From positions 1-64,000 of the forward strand of contig CAWBKP010000025.1 in assembly GCA_963789395.1 (NCBI GenBank): a stretch of 64,000 bases of DNA, in the 5' to 3' direction. The stretch is from an uncultured delta proteobacterium. GTDB taxonomy: Bacteria > Desulfobacterota > Desulfobacteria > Desulfobacterales > Desulfatirhabdiaceae. The notes below the pieces were generated by a model that was not told where the DNA came from, searched no databases, and worked only from the letters and a program-made list of their open reading frames with translations. The position numbers and the translations under genes were made by a program. Every line of letters starts with the position of its first letter. Position 1 is the stretch's first letter. Positions 1-11,819 of this stretch are shown piece by piece.

Positions 1-159
1 TCTGGATATTGGTAACCCCGCATCATAATGGAATTTCTGCCTGCCGGCCATATCTGTCTGTCCATCCGGCAGCGCATCCCCCGCTTTTCAATAGAAGATA
101 TCACAGATGCTTGAAATCGGTTGAAACACCAACCCAACTTCATGGTCGCAGAATACATC

Positions 160-1116
160 TCATGGAGAGGGGGGCCGTTTCCGATGTGTGACGGGTGGGG
201 TCCAGGAAGTGGAAATTCCAACGGATTGCAGGTATCGGATGCCTTCCGCAATATGGCGGCCCACGGTGTCCACGCCGTGGGAATCATCTCCCGGAGCTAC
301 GGGAATAGCCATCTGGCGGACTTTTTCCAGAATGGGGCGGCAGATATAGGGCTCACTGGCGCCTTTCAGCAGTGCCCGGACATTTAGGTCCAGCATCAGC
401 CCAAGGGATGCAATGGCATCCAGATTCCGGCAGATGCGTTTCCAGATGGCCGGTGTTTTCAGACGGTAGATGTAATCCGGATCAAATATCCGGATCAGGT
501 CAAAATGACCCACCACGGACGGCTTCAGGGCTTGGATCATATCATACTGTAAATCGAAATAAGCTGTATACAGACCCTCGATGCTGTCGCATGCCGTGAC
601 GGCCATGGCGTATTCGGACGGATTCATGTCGATGGGAATATCGGCCACATGGTGAACCGATCCCACTATATAATCCGGCTGGAATCGGTCTCGAAGCTGG
701 ATGGCGTAATCCACGGCGCCCCGATACGCCTCGGTTTCCATGCCCACGAAAATGGTCAGCTGTTCTCGATAGGCCGACTGCAAGTTCCGGCAGTGCACCA
801 TATACCGTAAAAAACGCTCCTGCATGGCCTTTGCGGTCAGTCCGGCCGCGCGTTCATCCGGATACAGAAAGATATCGCTTACCGGAGGCATGTGCTCGGT
901 AATGCCGACCCAGGCAAAATTCTGGTCATGGTATGCTCTGACAATATCATCCAGGGAATCCCGGGCGTGCTGGCAATAATCGGCGCTGTGGCCGCCATGG
1001 ACCGACACGAAGGGGGGCAGGGCATCTGAAAGGTGCGTTTCATTCCGGATCATCGAACATGTCATAACCGGTAAACCGTCTCCCGTCAACCGGCAAATTG
1101 ACGGTTTTTCAGACAT
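160..1116 (-). CDS. Histidinol-phosphatase, PHP (HisJ-like) family
   Basis: PHP metal-binding motifs SVHGGHS, GITEHMP, VGSVHH, VGHFDLI, GDDSH. The true start may be somewhat downstream of 1116. Confidence 0.85.
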   Translation of the reverse strand: MSEKPSICRLTGDGLPVMTCSMIRNETHLSDALPPFVSVHGGHSADYCQHARDSLDDIVRAYHDQNFAWVGITEHMPPVSDIFLYPDERAAGLTAKAMQERFLRYMVHCRNLQSAYREQLTIFVGMETEAYRGAVDYAIQLRDRFQPDYIVGSVHHVADIPIDMNPSEYAMAVTACDSIEGLYTAYFDLQYDMIQALKPSVVGHFDLIRIFDPDYIYRLKTPAIWKRICRNLDAIASLGLMLDLNVRALLKGASEPYICRPILEKVRQMAIPVAPGDDSHGVDTVGRHIAEGIRYLQSVGISTSWTPPVTHRKRPPSP

Positions 1117-1159
1117 TCATGAATTGCTTCAGGACTTCACCCGAGGCAATGAAATGACC

Positions 1160-1240
1160 TCCCCCTTTGGGAAAGGGGGATCGAGGGGGATTTTTCAATA
1201 GTTCATCTGAAATCCCCCTGGCCCAATTTGGAAAAGGGGG
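1160..1240. repeat. Palindromic REP-like element (CCCCCTTT..AAAGGGGG / AGGGGGATTT..AAATCCCCCT family)
   Basis: Hairpin TCCCCCTTTGGGAAAGGGGGA followed by AGGGGGATTT...AAATCCCCCT. Similar copies at 42915-43015 and 52045-52066. Confidence 0.75.
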
Positions 1241-1303
1241 CAGGTATTTTCACGGAAAAAGCTCGCTGCCGGCAGATTCTACTGGGGATTGAGACCAACA
1301 GGT

Positions 1304-3421
1304 CTATCTGTATGCATCCCTTAAAATCGCCGCAGCGCTGGTGCCTGATCCGGCAAGCGCCCTGGCCCGGTCGACCGACAGGCCCTGGCCGTGACCCTTG
1401 CCGGTCCCGTTAAATATCCAGGCGCCGGTTGCGGCATCGCTTTGAATGGACGCCGGGCAGGACGGCAGTTTCAATCTGGCGCGAAAGACTTCGCAGGGGA
1501 CCTTTTCCTCGGTTTCCGGATACATCAGGTGGACGGCGATTTCGCCGCTTCTTGTCCTTTCCCGCCGAAGATCCAGGACCGCAGGTTCATCCACCAGCGC
1601 TTTCAGCTCGCCGAAGGGGATCCGCTTTTCCCACCCGCTGTCTCCGCCCTCTGAAAAAGAAAGCCAGCCCGGCTTTTTTTGCGCCGCGACGTCGTCAAGC
1701 AGCCCGAGAAGGGCGGGGTCGGTTTTGCCCGGCGGCTTTCCCGGCCCGTCCGAGGGCTGTCCCTGAAAGACCATGCAGTGGGTCGTGTCGCAAAGGGACT
1801 GGGTGTCGGAATGGCGATGGCTGCCATGAACCCCGTTCCAGACGATGGCCGCCCGCAATGCCTTTTGGGCCTCTCCCCGGAGATCCTGGGCTTCGGCGGA
1901 CAGCACCGCATCGGCGTAGGTCTCGGGGTCGGTCTCCAGGACGACCGCATCGCCGTCCGCACGGCTTTCGAGAAGTCCCGAGACCCATCTTTCCGAGCGG
2001 CTTCCCCGGGCCGAGGAGACGATTTTAAACTTTCCGCAGGTGCTGAAACGAACGCTCCGGCCGCCGGGCCCCTTGCTTTCCAGGCTCGGGCACACGTCCC
2101 GGATCTCCCACGAGGCGCGGGGTGTGAGCGAAAGCAGCCGGACCCGCACCCGCCCGGTTGCGGGCGTGCAGCGCAAAGACCACCCCTCCAGGACCTCTGA
2201 AGCCCGGCGGATGTTCGAAGCGCCGATTCCGCCGCTGCTGCGGAATACGGCCAGATACAGCGGGTCTTCCCGGGGCCAGGCCACCATGAGATGCCCTGCC
2301 AGCGGGTTTCCCCGCGCGTCGGAGACCGTTCCGGTTTTGCTCATGGCATGCAGGCGCTTCAGGATCGCTTTTTGCCGCTCCGGCGCCGGATACAGCGTCG
2401 AGCCGGGGGTAAAGCCGTTTCGGGAAAGCCCGGAAAAGCGCTCAGGCTGAAGCAGCAGGGATGCGCGCAGTACCAGGGAAAGCGCTTTCAGGCCGGCTTC
2501 AAACGGAAAGCCGCCGTCCGGGTCGCGCTCCCCCACAAATTGGCGCCAGAAGCGCGCGTCCCCGCCACTCATCTCCTGGCTCTCAAGGCTTCCGGTAAGC
2601 GGCGCATCCTTGACAGCGGCGGTGAGGAACCGGAACGTTTCGGGGGAAAAGAAGCGCCTGCGGCCAAGGAGCCTGTCGGTGTTGCTGGCGCAGAGCTCTT
2701 CGCCCACGGCCGCGTTATCGGCCTCCGTGAGCGATGCGGCGTACGGGATCTTCAGGAGCGATCCGGGGGGATACCGGGTCGTCAGATCTCCCTTGGCATC
2801 GAGGATCTCGCCGGACAGCAGGCTGATGAGGATATAGCTGAAGCCCGAGCCGGCCGCACCGCTTTGAAGCAGCGTTTCCATCTCTCCGGAAACGCCGCAG
2901 GGCTCGGATGGCCAGCCGTGGATAGACACGAGCTTTGAAAGGGCGCCGTAGGCGGCGGCGTCCAATCCCGCGCCGACACGGACCTTTTCCCTCAGATGCA
3001 TAAGCTCGCTTTCGCCTGGCGGCCCGGCGGGCGGCCGGGCCGCCAGCTCTCCGCTGAAAGCGACGGCGGCGGCTTCCTCGGCCCAGAGGGGCAGCCTGCC
3101 GCCGCAGGTGAGGTGGCCGGCCTCGTGCATCAATTCATGCCGCAGGTAGATTTCGGGGCCGAAGGGCCCCGCAGGGTCCTCCCGCAGGGAAATCACGCCC
3201 GGGTGCCAGCCGCCCGCATGGCCGGCGGTGAAATCGGCTCCGGTTTTTGCCGGATACACCCGGACGGGCTCGGAAACGCTCGGCGTCCGGTATCCCAGGG
3301 CCTGAAGCTCGCGCAAGGCCTGAGTCCCGCTTCGTTCCAGTTCCGGGTGGCCGGCCAGCGCGCCGAAAAAAAGGATCGCGGCCCCGGCCTCCAGCAAAAC
3401 GGCCTTTCGGAAAAAACCCAT
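1304..3421 (-). CDS. YfaQ-like multidomain protein with C-terminal SpoIID/LytB domain
   Basis: C-terminal DTTHCMVFQG and GKGHGQGLS (SpoIID-like). Central SLLK and KTGT. N-terminal HELMHE. Last gene of the A2M operon. Confidence 0.7.
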   Translation of the reverse strand: MGFFRKAVLLEAGAAILFFGALAGHPELERSGTQALRELQALGYRTPSVSEPVRVYPAKTGADFTAGHAGGWHPGVISLREDPAGPFGPEIYLRHELMHEAGHLTCGGRLPLWAEEAAAVAFSGELAARPPAGPPGESELMHLREKVRVGAGLDAAAYGALSKLVSIHGWPSEPCGVSGEMETLLQSGAAGSGFSYILISLLSGEILDAKGDLTTRYPPGSLLKIPYAASLTEADNAAVGEELCASNTDRLLGRRRFFSPETFRFLTAAVKDAPLTGSLESQEMSGGDARFWRQFVGERDPDGGFPFEAGLKALSLVLRASLLLQPERFSGLSRNGFTPGSTLYPAPERQKAILKRLHAMSKTGTVSDARGNPLAGHLMVAWPREDPLYLAVFRSSGGIGASNIRRASEVLEGWSLRCTPATGRVRVRLLSLTPRASWEIRDVCPSLESKGPGGRSVRFSTCGKFKIVSSARGSRSERWVSGLLESRADGDAVVLETDPETYADAVLSAEAQDLRGEAQKALRAAIVWNGVHGSHRHSDTQSLCDTTHCMVFQGQPSDGPGKPPGKTDPALLGLLDDVAAQKKPGWLSFSEGGDSGWEKRIPFGELKALVDEPAVLDLRRERTRSGEIAVHLMYPETEEKVPCEVFRARLKLPSCPASIQSDAATGAWIFNGTGKGHGQGLSVDRARALAGSGTSAAAILRDAYR

Positions 3422-3423
3422 GG

Positions 3424-6400
3424 CTACTGGACCCGGATGGACCGGGCGCCGGAGTTGCCCCGGATGCTCTCATCGTACATGTCAAAGGCCTGGGCCGGCG
3501 GTACCGTCGCCTTTCCGGCAAAAGCCGCCCGCCAGACCTGGTAGAGCTTCATCTCCCCTCCGGGGCGCACCGCGGCGATCCGGACCGTCTTTTCCGGGTA
3601 TCGCTGCGTCTGCTTGACGGCGGCCCAGTAGTCGTTGTCGTCGGCCTGGACCCCGGCGTCGGCAAGATAGGTCCTGTCGTCGTCGACGGCCTGGCCCAGC
3701 GACGGCACCCCGTCTTCCACCACCAGAAACCGGCTTTGAACGGATCCGGCATTCTTAAACGGCCCGCGGCTGAGGCTGACCTCGCTGATCACCACATCCC
3801 CTTTTTGCAGCGGCCGGTCCGGGTCCAGCGCCTCGTTGCCGGCTGGGGTAACGCGAAGGAGCCGCCTTTCAACCGTCACCCCGTCGGATCGGGGAGCAAC
3901 CGCCCGGAAGGGAACGTCCGCGCTGATTGCGGAAGATGCGAAATCGGTCGATTCCAGGCCCTGCAGGCGGATCTGCGACAGCAGATCGGGCGCCCCCGAA
4001 GCTTGGAACCTGCCGGTAAACCCGGAGGGGATGCGGGAAAGCTCGCCCAGCTGCGTGCCGTCTTTCTTCAGCACGCGTATCTTTCTGGCGTTTGTTTCCT
4101 TCTCCCTTTCAAAAGCGGCCGCCTCCCGGCTCAGAATTTCGCGCGTATTGAAGATCACCAGCGCCGAGTCGAAAGTCGAAGTCCAGTAACCGTTTTTCAT
4201 CTGCGACAGCAGCATGCGTTTCACCCGGGTCTCCAGCTCTGGCGGCAGCGCGTTCAGATCTGAAAGGACGCCCATAGCGGAGGAGGCAAGATAAGGGACG
4301 CCAAATCCAAACCCCAGCTCGCCAAAAAGCGTTGCATCCTCGGCTGCGGTTCCGCCGGCATCGGGATCCAACTGAGCAAGGGCTTTGTGCAGTTTTTCGA
4401 TCAGCTCCCCCCTGACGGTTGTATCCTTGAAATGCTCGCTGAAGCGGTTCCAGCTTTGATCTTTATACGCCGCAATGATTCTCAGCCCGTAGACAAGATC
4501 CGGCAGGGAAGGGCTTTGTGTCTGCCGCAGCGCTTCCACATAGGCGATCTGCCGTTTCCAGGGCTGGCTGTACAGGCCGATTTCGGCCATTCTGGAAAGC
4601 GTGTATCCATCGCGTGCCGGGCCGTTTTCCATCCGGCCGGGATCATCGTCTCTGGTCTGCTCCGACAGCCACCCGAGTCCCCGTTCAAACGCCCCTTCCG
4701 CGCCTTCGACCTTCAGCTCTTTGGCGAATTTCAGGGCGTAGAGGGCCGTTGCCGTGATGGGGGCGGTTGCGTCGGAATCCGACGGCCAGAGGGAAAATCC
4801 GCCGTTTCCCTTCTGATTCTGCAGGATTTTCCGGATGCCGAGAACCGCGTTTTTTTCCGCCTTTCCCAGAGGTTCGGCCAGCGGCCCCAGCTGATCCCGG
4901 CTGATCCCGGCGCGCCGGACGATATCCATCAGGACCAGGTTGGGGATCGTGGCATGGACCAGCTGCTCGGTGCAGCCGTAGGGGTAGGAAACCAGAACGG
5001 CGGCGGCGTTCAGGGCCGCGCCCAGGAGCCCCGAATTGACCTGGACCTTGACATCACGGATCCGGGCCGTATCGGGCAGCGGGGTGACGAGGGTATCGCG
5101 CCTGCTGCACGCCCGGAAAGACCTGTTTGATGGCCGCGGGCTTCAGGGCGACCTCGAATGCTTCGGGCCCGGCCACGCGGACGGTCTCATCGCTTGCAAG
5201 GGACACGTTAAGGGTTGCCGCGCCGCTCTCCCCCGTGGCTTCAACCTCCAGCGGCAGAACGATTTCCCCCTGCTTTTCGATCGTGAAGGACGCCTCCAGC
5301 AGGCCGGACTGCACCCGGGCGTCTCCGCCAAGCGCCATTTTTGACGTCACGGTAAGGCTCCGGGCAAGATGATTGACGCTTGAAACCTTCAGCTCGGCCG
5401 CTTCATCCTGCCTCAGAAACTGCGGGGCCAGGACATCGACGGAGATATCGGAAAGGGTCCTGAATCCCGCTTTGGATTCCCCCACGCGGCCGTCCTTGTC
5501 GGCGGCGACCGCCGTGATCAGCCATTCGGTCACATTGGCGGGAAGATCCGCCGTGACGGTGGCCCGGCCTTTGGAATCGGTGACCACGTGCGGGAACCAG
5601 CCGGCCGTGTCGCGCATGGATTTCTTGGTGATTTTGCTCTGGCTTTTGAGGGCCCCCAGTTTAAAGTTGGGCTTCTTCAAAAGATCGGCGTACCCGTATC
5701 CCTGCAGCTCGTCCGAATAGAACGTGGCCAGGTTCAGCCGCGGGAGCGGATAGAAAAAGTCAAAGATCCCGGGCCGGAACTCGGGCTGGACCGCGTAGAC
5801 GGCCCGATCGACGATGGTTACCGCAAGCTCGGTGTCGGCCGCCGGCTCCCCGTCGGCGGTGCGGACCTCAAAATCGATCCTGAAGGGCTTCAGGGGCTCG
5901 GTCTCTTCCCGCTCGGGCGTGATCGCGATATTCAGGCGCTTGGTCCACGGGATGATCCGAAACCCCAGGGTCTGCTCCGCGTATTTGCCGCCGCTCAACG
6001 GCACGCCGACCGTATGGTAGAAGCCGGTGCCGTACTCGGGTTTGGCCTCCACCTCGAACCAGCGGCTTCTTCCCTTGAAAGTGGTCGACCGGGTGTCATG
6101 GATCCGGTCCCCGGAGATCGTTTCCCAGACGACCCCGCTTTCGGACTTGCCCCAGCCGACCGGAAAAAGCGCCAGCACCTGCGCCTTTTCGCCGGGGCTG
6201 AGGATGGTTTTTTCGCTGTAGAGCTCCAGCTCCCGGTTGTCCAGGACGGCTTCCCCCTTCAGGTCGCCTGCGATCAGCGTGGCGGGCTCGGACAGGCAGG
6301 GCCGGGCCATGGGTTTTCCGCCGAGCGTTTCCAGGACGGCAACGGCGCGCAGCCGCCCGTGCCGGGTGAGATCCGGAAGCGCCAATCGGCACTGGCCCTT

Positions 6401-8310
6401 GTCGTCGGTCGTAAAGGGCAGCTTGACGAATTCCGCCGGTTTTGCGCCGGCCTGCTCAAGGGCGATATTCAGGACGCCGCCGGCATCGGGTGCGGGCTTT
6501 GCGTCCGGATAGGTGGAGCGGATAAAGACAAGAAGCCCTTTTTCGCCGGTCCGGGCCACGGTTTTTGAAAACCGGACCGAGGGCTGGGCCTCGGAGAGGG
6601 TGACGTAGATATTTTCGGTCAAAAGGGCCTGGGAGCCGGCCGCATCGAGGGCCCGCACCATCAGCGTGTAAATCCATTCCTGTTCGGCCGGGGCGTCGGT
6701 CTTCGGCAGGTCGAATTCATAGGATGCCTCGCCGGATGCATCCATCACGGCGGCCGACTCCCAGGTGTTGGTGGGGCTCAGGTTCCCGTCGGCAAGCCGC
6801 GCCTCCACGGAGCTGTAAATCCGCCGGGGTTCGGTAAGGGCCGAGGCGGATTTCATCCCGCCCTGGTAGTCCGTGCCGGCGCTCAGGCCGCCGCCGGATT
6901 CGGCGACCCACTGGGGCGTTTCGAATTTTTTCCGGTAGAGAAACACCTCGTACTTCAGGTTGTGCGGCACGCCGCCGCTGTACCGCTTGGCCCGGAATTT
7001 GACGAAAAAGCGCCCGCCGGAAATAACGGTCGGGCTCCGGTCGATGAGCTCCAGATAAAACGTGGGCTTGACGTAGTCGCGGACGCGGAACTCGCCCCCG
7101 TAGGGCTTGGCCCCGATCTCGGCCACCAGCCGGTACAGGCCCGGCGCCTGTGCCGCGTCCAGGTCAAAGCTCCCGCTGAACGACCCGAACGCGGTCAGGG
7201 GCACTTGGGCCTGCAGGTCCGTTGCAGGACCGCTGAAGGGGATCAGGCTCACCTTGGCCCGGCTGCCGCCGAACTGCGGCACCCGGAGCCGGCCGTTTTC
7301 GAAGGCCCGGATCGTGCCTTTGTAAAAGAAGGTCTCGCCGGGCTTGAAAATCGGGCGGTCGGTGATGATAAACACGGCGTCGTCATGGGATACGGTGGGC
7401 AGAAAATCGGTGTCCGTCAGCGCCTTGCGGCCGTCGGGGGTTTCCACTTTGATGACCAGCTTGCCGTCAAGTGCCCCCTGCGGGCTGGAAAAGGCGATTT
7501 CCCCGGCCGCATCCGTCTGTTTGTCCAGGCCGATCCACTTTCCCCGGCCGTCCCGGAAGCTGACGCCGGCGCCGCTGACCGGGTCCATCTGCCGGTCGAT
7601 CACCCTTACGACGAGCTGCTCCGTCGACTGCTTCACCTGAACGGACAGGCTGCTGACCTGCATCAGGCACTGGGCCTCGGTTTTGCCCTGCACGGCCTGG
7701 ATCAGGTAGACCCCGTCGGGCAGCGGGTCCAGCTCGATTTTCCGTATCTTGTACCGGTCCTCGCGCCATGCATTATCCCCGAACCACCAGCCCAGGTCGT
7801 TTGCCGCCGTGCCCATGTACTTCAGGTCGATGAACGTGTCGGCACCACGGAAAATCCGGCCGGCGGGCCCTGGATGATTTCCTCGGGGGGCAGCGCGACC
7901 TGGCCCGGCGTCGTGTCCTGGATGGCTTTGCTGAAGGCCGTGTCCTTGAAGGCCTTCCGGAATTTGGGGTCCAGCATGTTCCGGGCGGTCTTCAGGGGCG
8001 ATTCCATTTTGTTCAGCCCGGCAACAAAGAAGTGCCCGGGGTTCAGCTCGGTCACGGGCTGCTCGTAGCTTCTGCTGATCTGAAACTGCCCGTCCAGAAA
8101 GCGCTCCAGGTTTTCCGGGCGCAGGACGCGGACCAGCATCGGTTTTTCGGTCGACGTATAGTCCAGCCGCACCTGCGGTTTCTCGGTATTGGAGAAGCTT
8201 CTTTCCACCGTCAGGTAAAAGGGGCTGCCCGCGACGGCCGGAGACGCCGAAAGGCCCATAAGTGAAAACACCACCGCCGACAACACCGAGAGAAATCGAA
8301 TAGGCTTCAT
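3424..8310 (-). CDS. Bacterial alpha-2-macroglobulin (YfaS/MagD-like), split by two frameshifts (near 7840 and 5100)
   Basis: Three consecutive ORFs (7822-8310, 5054-7816, 3424-4929). Signal peptide, ITDRPIFKPGE (MG2), DTAGWFPHVVTD, YPYGCTEQ at about 4963-4986, QKGNGGFSLW and PPAQAFDMY. Confidence 0.85.
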
Positions 8311-10039
8311 TTTGCCGCCCCTTGTCTGACGTTAACCCCTTTCAGCGTGACGGTCCCGGTTGCCTGCGCCGCGTTGCCGGAGTAGGCGAAGATGGGAAGG
8401 CCGCCGAAAACCGTTTCGCTGTCCGCGCGCATCCCGGCCTTGGCTTTTTCATACTGCCGCTTCCACGGGACTGCGGAATCCGTCTGTTCGCCTGCCCCGG
8501 CGCCGCCGGCCAGGAAAAGCTCCCGCATGCCGGTTCCCGGGTTCAGAAAGAAAAGAAGCTGTCTGGAGGAGAAATCTTCCGCAAGGGAGCCTTTCTCCCA
8601 ATCGAGCACGCTGAGCGACTGGCGCTCGCAGGCCTCTTTCATGCGGGTGAGCAGCATCTCGGATGTGGCGGCCAGAAAAACCGTGCCGCCGCCGCACGCG
8701 GCGGTAAGCTTCGGGTCGGCAAACAGGGATTTGAATTGCTGCGCGGCATCGGGCGCGCTCTGGCCGGCGATGACGACCCCCATGCGGGTCACCGCGTCCC
8801 CATCGGACGACAGGTCCCAGATAACGGCAACGCCGGCCTCGTCCGGACCGCTTGCCGCCGGAGTGCCGGGTCCCTCCGTGGCCAGCTTTTCCACGCTTCG
8901 GGCGTCATGTCCGGCGGCAGATAAAAACTGGCCGCAACCGCTGCGAAGGCATCGTGCGGGATGGCGGCCAGCACGCCCTTGAAGAGCCTTGGGCGCAGAT
9001 GGCCGGCGATCTTTCCGGCGGGAAAGCAAAGGACATCCGGGGTTTGCCCGGACAGCCCGAACCCGAGGTCCATCTTGAATCCGGGCTGACCGACCATCAC
9101 CGGAAGCAGGTTGTTGACGAAGGCTTCGGCCCGCACCCTCACAACGATCGGGGAATCCGCCGCTTCCGTCGCCTCTGGCGGCCCGAGGCTTTCCATGACA
9201 TTGATCAGCGCCTCGAGCCCGTTTGCCACAAATACCCGGGTTTCGTATTCGGTGATAAAGACGCGCTGAAGGCCGATGCGCATCTCCAGGATCGGCTCTT
9301 TCAGCTTCGGCACATTGTACCCGCTTCGGGCCAGCGCGCGGCAGATGACGGGCAGGGCCTTTGCGCTATACGGGCATTCGCTGCGGACAAAGGAATAGAC
9401 AAACCCCTTGCTGCCGTGAACCGCATCGTAGTGGAGCTGGCCGTGGGCCGCGATCGACTCCTTTGCAAGGGTTGCAAAAACCGTCCCCGCAAGCCCTTTC
9501 AGGCCCAGGTCTTCGGCGCGGATGCCGGCGTTTCGCATCGGGTCGTAAAAGATTCCCTGGACCATGCGGCTTTCCCGGAACGCTTTGAATGCCTGGTTGG
9601 TTTCAACAAACGACAGGACTTTTTTCGGATCGGCGAAATAAAGGGAAAGTCCGATGGGATGGCGCTTGACGACCCATTTGGCCGTCTTCGGGCACTTCTC
9701 GGAAAGCCTGTCCCCGGCCTTGACCCCGGCGCCGCCCCGGATGTCGCCCCCGACGATTTCGGGGCAGGCGTCGGCGCCGGGCGCAGGTGTTTTTACGGGC
9801 GCCGGGCTCTGGCTTGCCAGCCGGGTCTGGCCGGCCGGGATTTCATTGCGGTTGATGTCGATGAACTGAAGATCGAGCGCGAGCATCGGCAGATCAGACG
9901 GGACAAATGTGCTCAAGGGGGCACTGGGGAGCCCTTTCCAGGCCCAGAAAAGAAAGAGGATCGCAATAAAAGCGGCTACAGCCAGTACGATGGCCGTTCT
10001 TATAAGACGCTTTGATTTCCCGGCAGCAGTCGGTTCCAC
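8307..10039 (-). CDS. Membrane-anchored hypothetical protein, positional equivalent of YfaA/DUF2138; frameshift near 8890
   Basis: N-terminal transmembrane helix. ORFs 8789-10039 and 8307-9029 join into one frame, and the stop overlaps the A2M start. The YfaA assignment rests on synteny only. Confidence 0.55.
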
Positions 10040-11517
10040 TCGTAGACTCCTAAGAAATGGGGGTTATTGGCGATGGGCAGCCAGACCGGGTCGGGGGATG
10101 CCATCAGGTCCCTGATCCGCACCACGCGAACCTGGGCGTCCGCCTGGGCGGCGCCGTTATGGTAGACGACGAGGGCCTCTGGCCGGTCTTCCACGAATAT
10201 CATCAGATGGTAGGGATCATCGCTCTCCAGGTTCTTTTGAAAGACGAGCAGATCGCCGCTTCTGGCCTGGGACAGGTCCCGCGATTTCTTTCTGAAATTA
10301 AAGCCGATCAGCGTCTCCGCGTCCGCGAACGCGCCGAAGCGCGGTTTGCCGTCTTTTTCAAACCCCACCTGCCAGATCCGCGAAAGGTCCGCAAAGATCT
10401 TTCTGGACGACTCGGAAACTTCGGGAAGATACAGGGCGTTCGGGATGCCGAGCATCCGGCCGTCGTCGGCAGACCGCACCCGGATCGCTTCGCGATACGC
10501 AAACCGGACCAGTCCGGCGCAGTCCCGCTGTGCCTCTTCCCACCGGGGGCTCGGCTTTTTTGCCTGAAACAGCGCCAGCCGCGTGACGGAACTGCGCAGG
10601 GCCTTTTCATCGGACGGCGGGATGTAGCTCATCTCCTCCTGTTCTTTGGCCGGCTCCCCTTTTTGCTTGTACGCCCTGACCTCGGGCGGCATGTCGGCCT
10701 CGGGGTCCTGGTCGGGTACGAAAATCTTGGGCGGCAGGTTGTTTCCCTGGATCACGACATAGGCAAGGGTCTGGGTCTCGCCGGGCCGGGCCAGGGGCTT
10801 TCGGATGCGCTTCCGGCTTTCGGTGGGCAGGCCCTCATCCGTGATCACATCCAGATTGGCCAGCGTGTGCTGGACGGCGTTTCCCGGCCAGTAGTTGGCG
10901 TCCACGCGGAAAACCCCGATCGGCGGCGCGGGGTGCACGTAAAGATATGGCCCGTACCCCGGCTGGTCAAAGGATCCGCCCTGGGAGTTCAGGAAAAATA
11001 TCCCCCCCGAAGGCGAGTTCGTTTTTGCCCAGTAGACATGTGTTTTGTCCGGCTCGTAGACGTGAAGATCGGTATAGACCCCGTCCATGTCGCTGGTGAG
11101 GACAAATTTCAGCGGGATGGGATTGATGACGGCATCCACCGTGGCGCTGGCCTGCGCCACGCCCGCCTTGTTCGCGCATTCGACGATGACGGTGTTCTTT
11201 CCCTTTGCGGCGGGAAATTTCCGCGAAAACTGTCCCTCGAAAGACCGGATGTAGTAGCGGACCCCGTTGATGTTGACAAGAATCGGGTCGGCGGTTGCAT
11301 CCGAACAGGTCCCGGCCACTTCAAGCTGGAGGCTCGTGGTCCAGCCGCCTTCCGGCTTGGCAAGCGTAAGGACGGGCATTTCCGTTCCCTTGCCGGTCAT
11401 CTCCTTGCCCCGATGTGCAATGACATCCGGGTCATCCGAAGGCGTACCGCTTGCCGCGGAGACGAACAACTGGAGCATGCAGGCAGCAACCGCACAGGAT
11501 AAAAAAGGAATTTTCAT
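10000..11517 (-). CDS. YfaP (DUF2135)-YfaT (DUF1175) fusion protein, secreted
   Basis: Signal peptide. [15 protein letters not shown] is YfaP-like. [26 protein letters not shown] and VYHNG are DUF1175-like. Confidence 0.7.
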   Translation of the reverse strand: MKIPFLSCAVAACMLQLFVSAASGTPSDDPDVIAHRGKEMTGKGTEMPVLTLAKPEGGWTTSLQLEVAGTCSDATADPILVNINGVRYYIRSFEGQFSRKFPAAKGKNTVIVECANKAGVAQASATVDAVINPIPLKFVLTSDMDGVYTDLHVYEPDKTHVYWAKTNSPSGGIFFLNSQGGSFDQPGYGPYLYVHPAPPIGVFRVDANYWPGNAVQHTLANLDVITDEGLPTESRKRIRKPLARPGETQTLAYVVIQGNNLPPKIFVPDQDPEADMPPEVRAYKQKGEPAKEQEEMSYIPPSDEKALRSSVTRLALFQAKKPSPRWEEAQRDCAGLVRFAYREAIRVRSADDGRMLGIPNALYLPEVSESSRKIFADLSRIWQVGFEKDGKPRFGAFADAETLIGFNFRKKSRDLSQARSGDLLVFQKNLESDDPYHLMIFVEDRPEALVVYHNGAAQADAQVRVVRIRDLMASPDPVWLPIANNPHFLGVYEWNRLLPGNQSVL

Positions 11518-11819
11518 GACAGAAACTCCTCGTCAAAAGTGGAAGAATTTTGCAAGGCAAGTCAATAACAGAAATAAGGAGGAAAACGGGAGAAATCCCG
11601 CTACAAATCGATATCATGATCGACTTGGGGTGTCAATTCAGTTCATTTGCAGAATGGCTAATACTTTAACCGGCCTATTTCTTAAAAGTGCCATAAGTTC
11701 TGCTCGGAAATGAAACAGGATGTTGTCAATGAATAGTATTCTTAACATATTATATTTATACATTTTAATTGTATATTGAAACACTACATAAAGTGGCATA
11801 AATGTCTTGTTAAATATTA

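Noticed and set aside
1..143. Possible minus-strand ORF running off the left edge
   Set aside because: It is too short and has no recognisable motif.
1391..11502. Long plus-strand ORFs (e.g. 3247-4263, 6962-8068, 8852-10015, 10057-11502) opposite the A2M operon
   Set aside because: These are antisense shadow ORFs expected in high-GC coding DNA and have no recognisable motifs.
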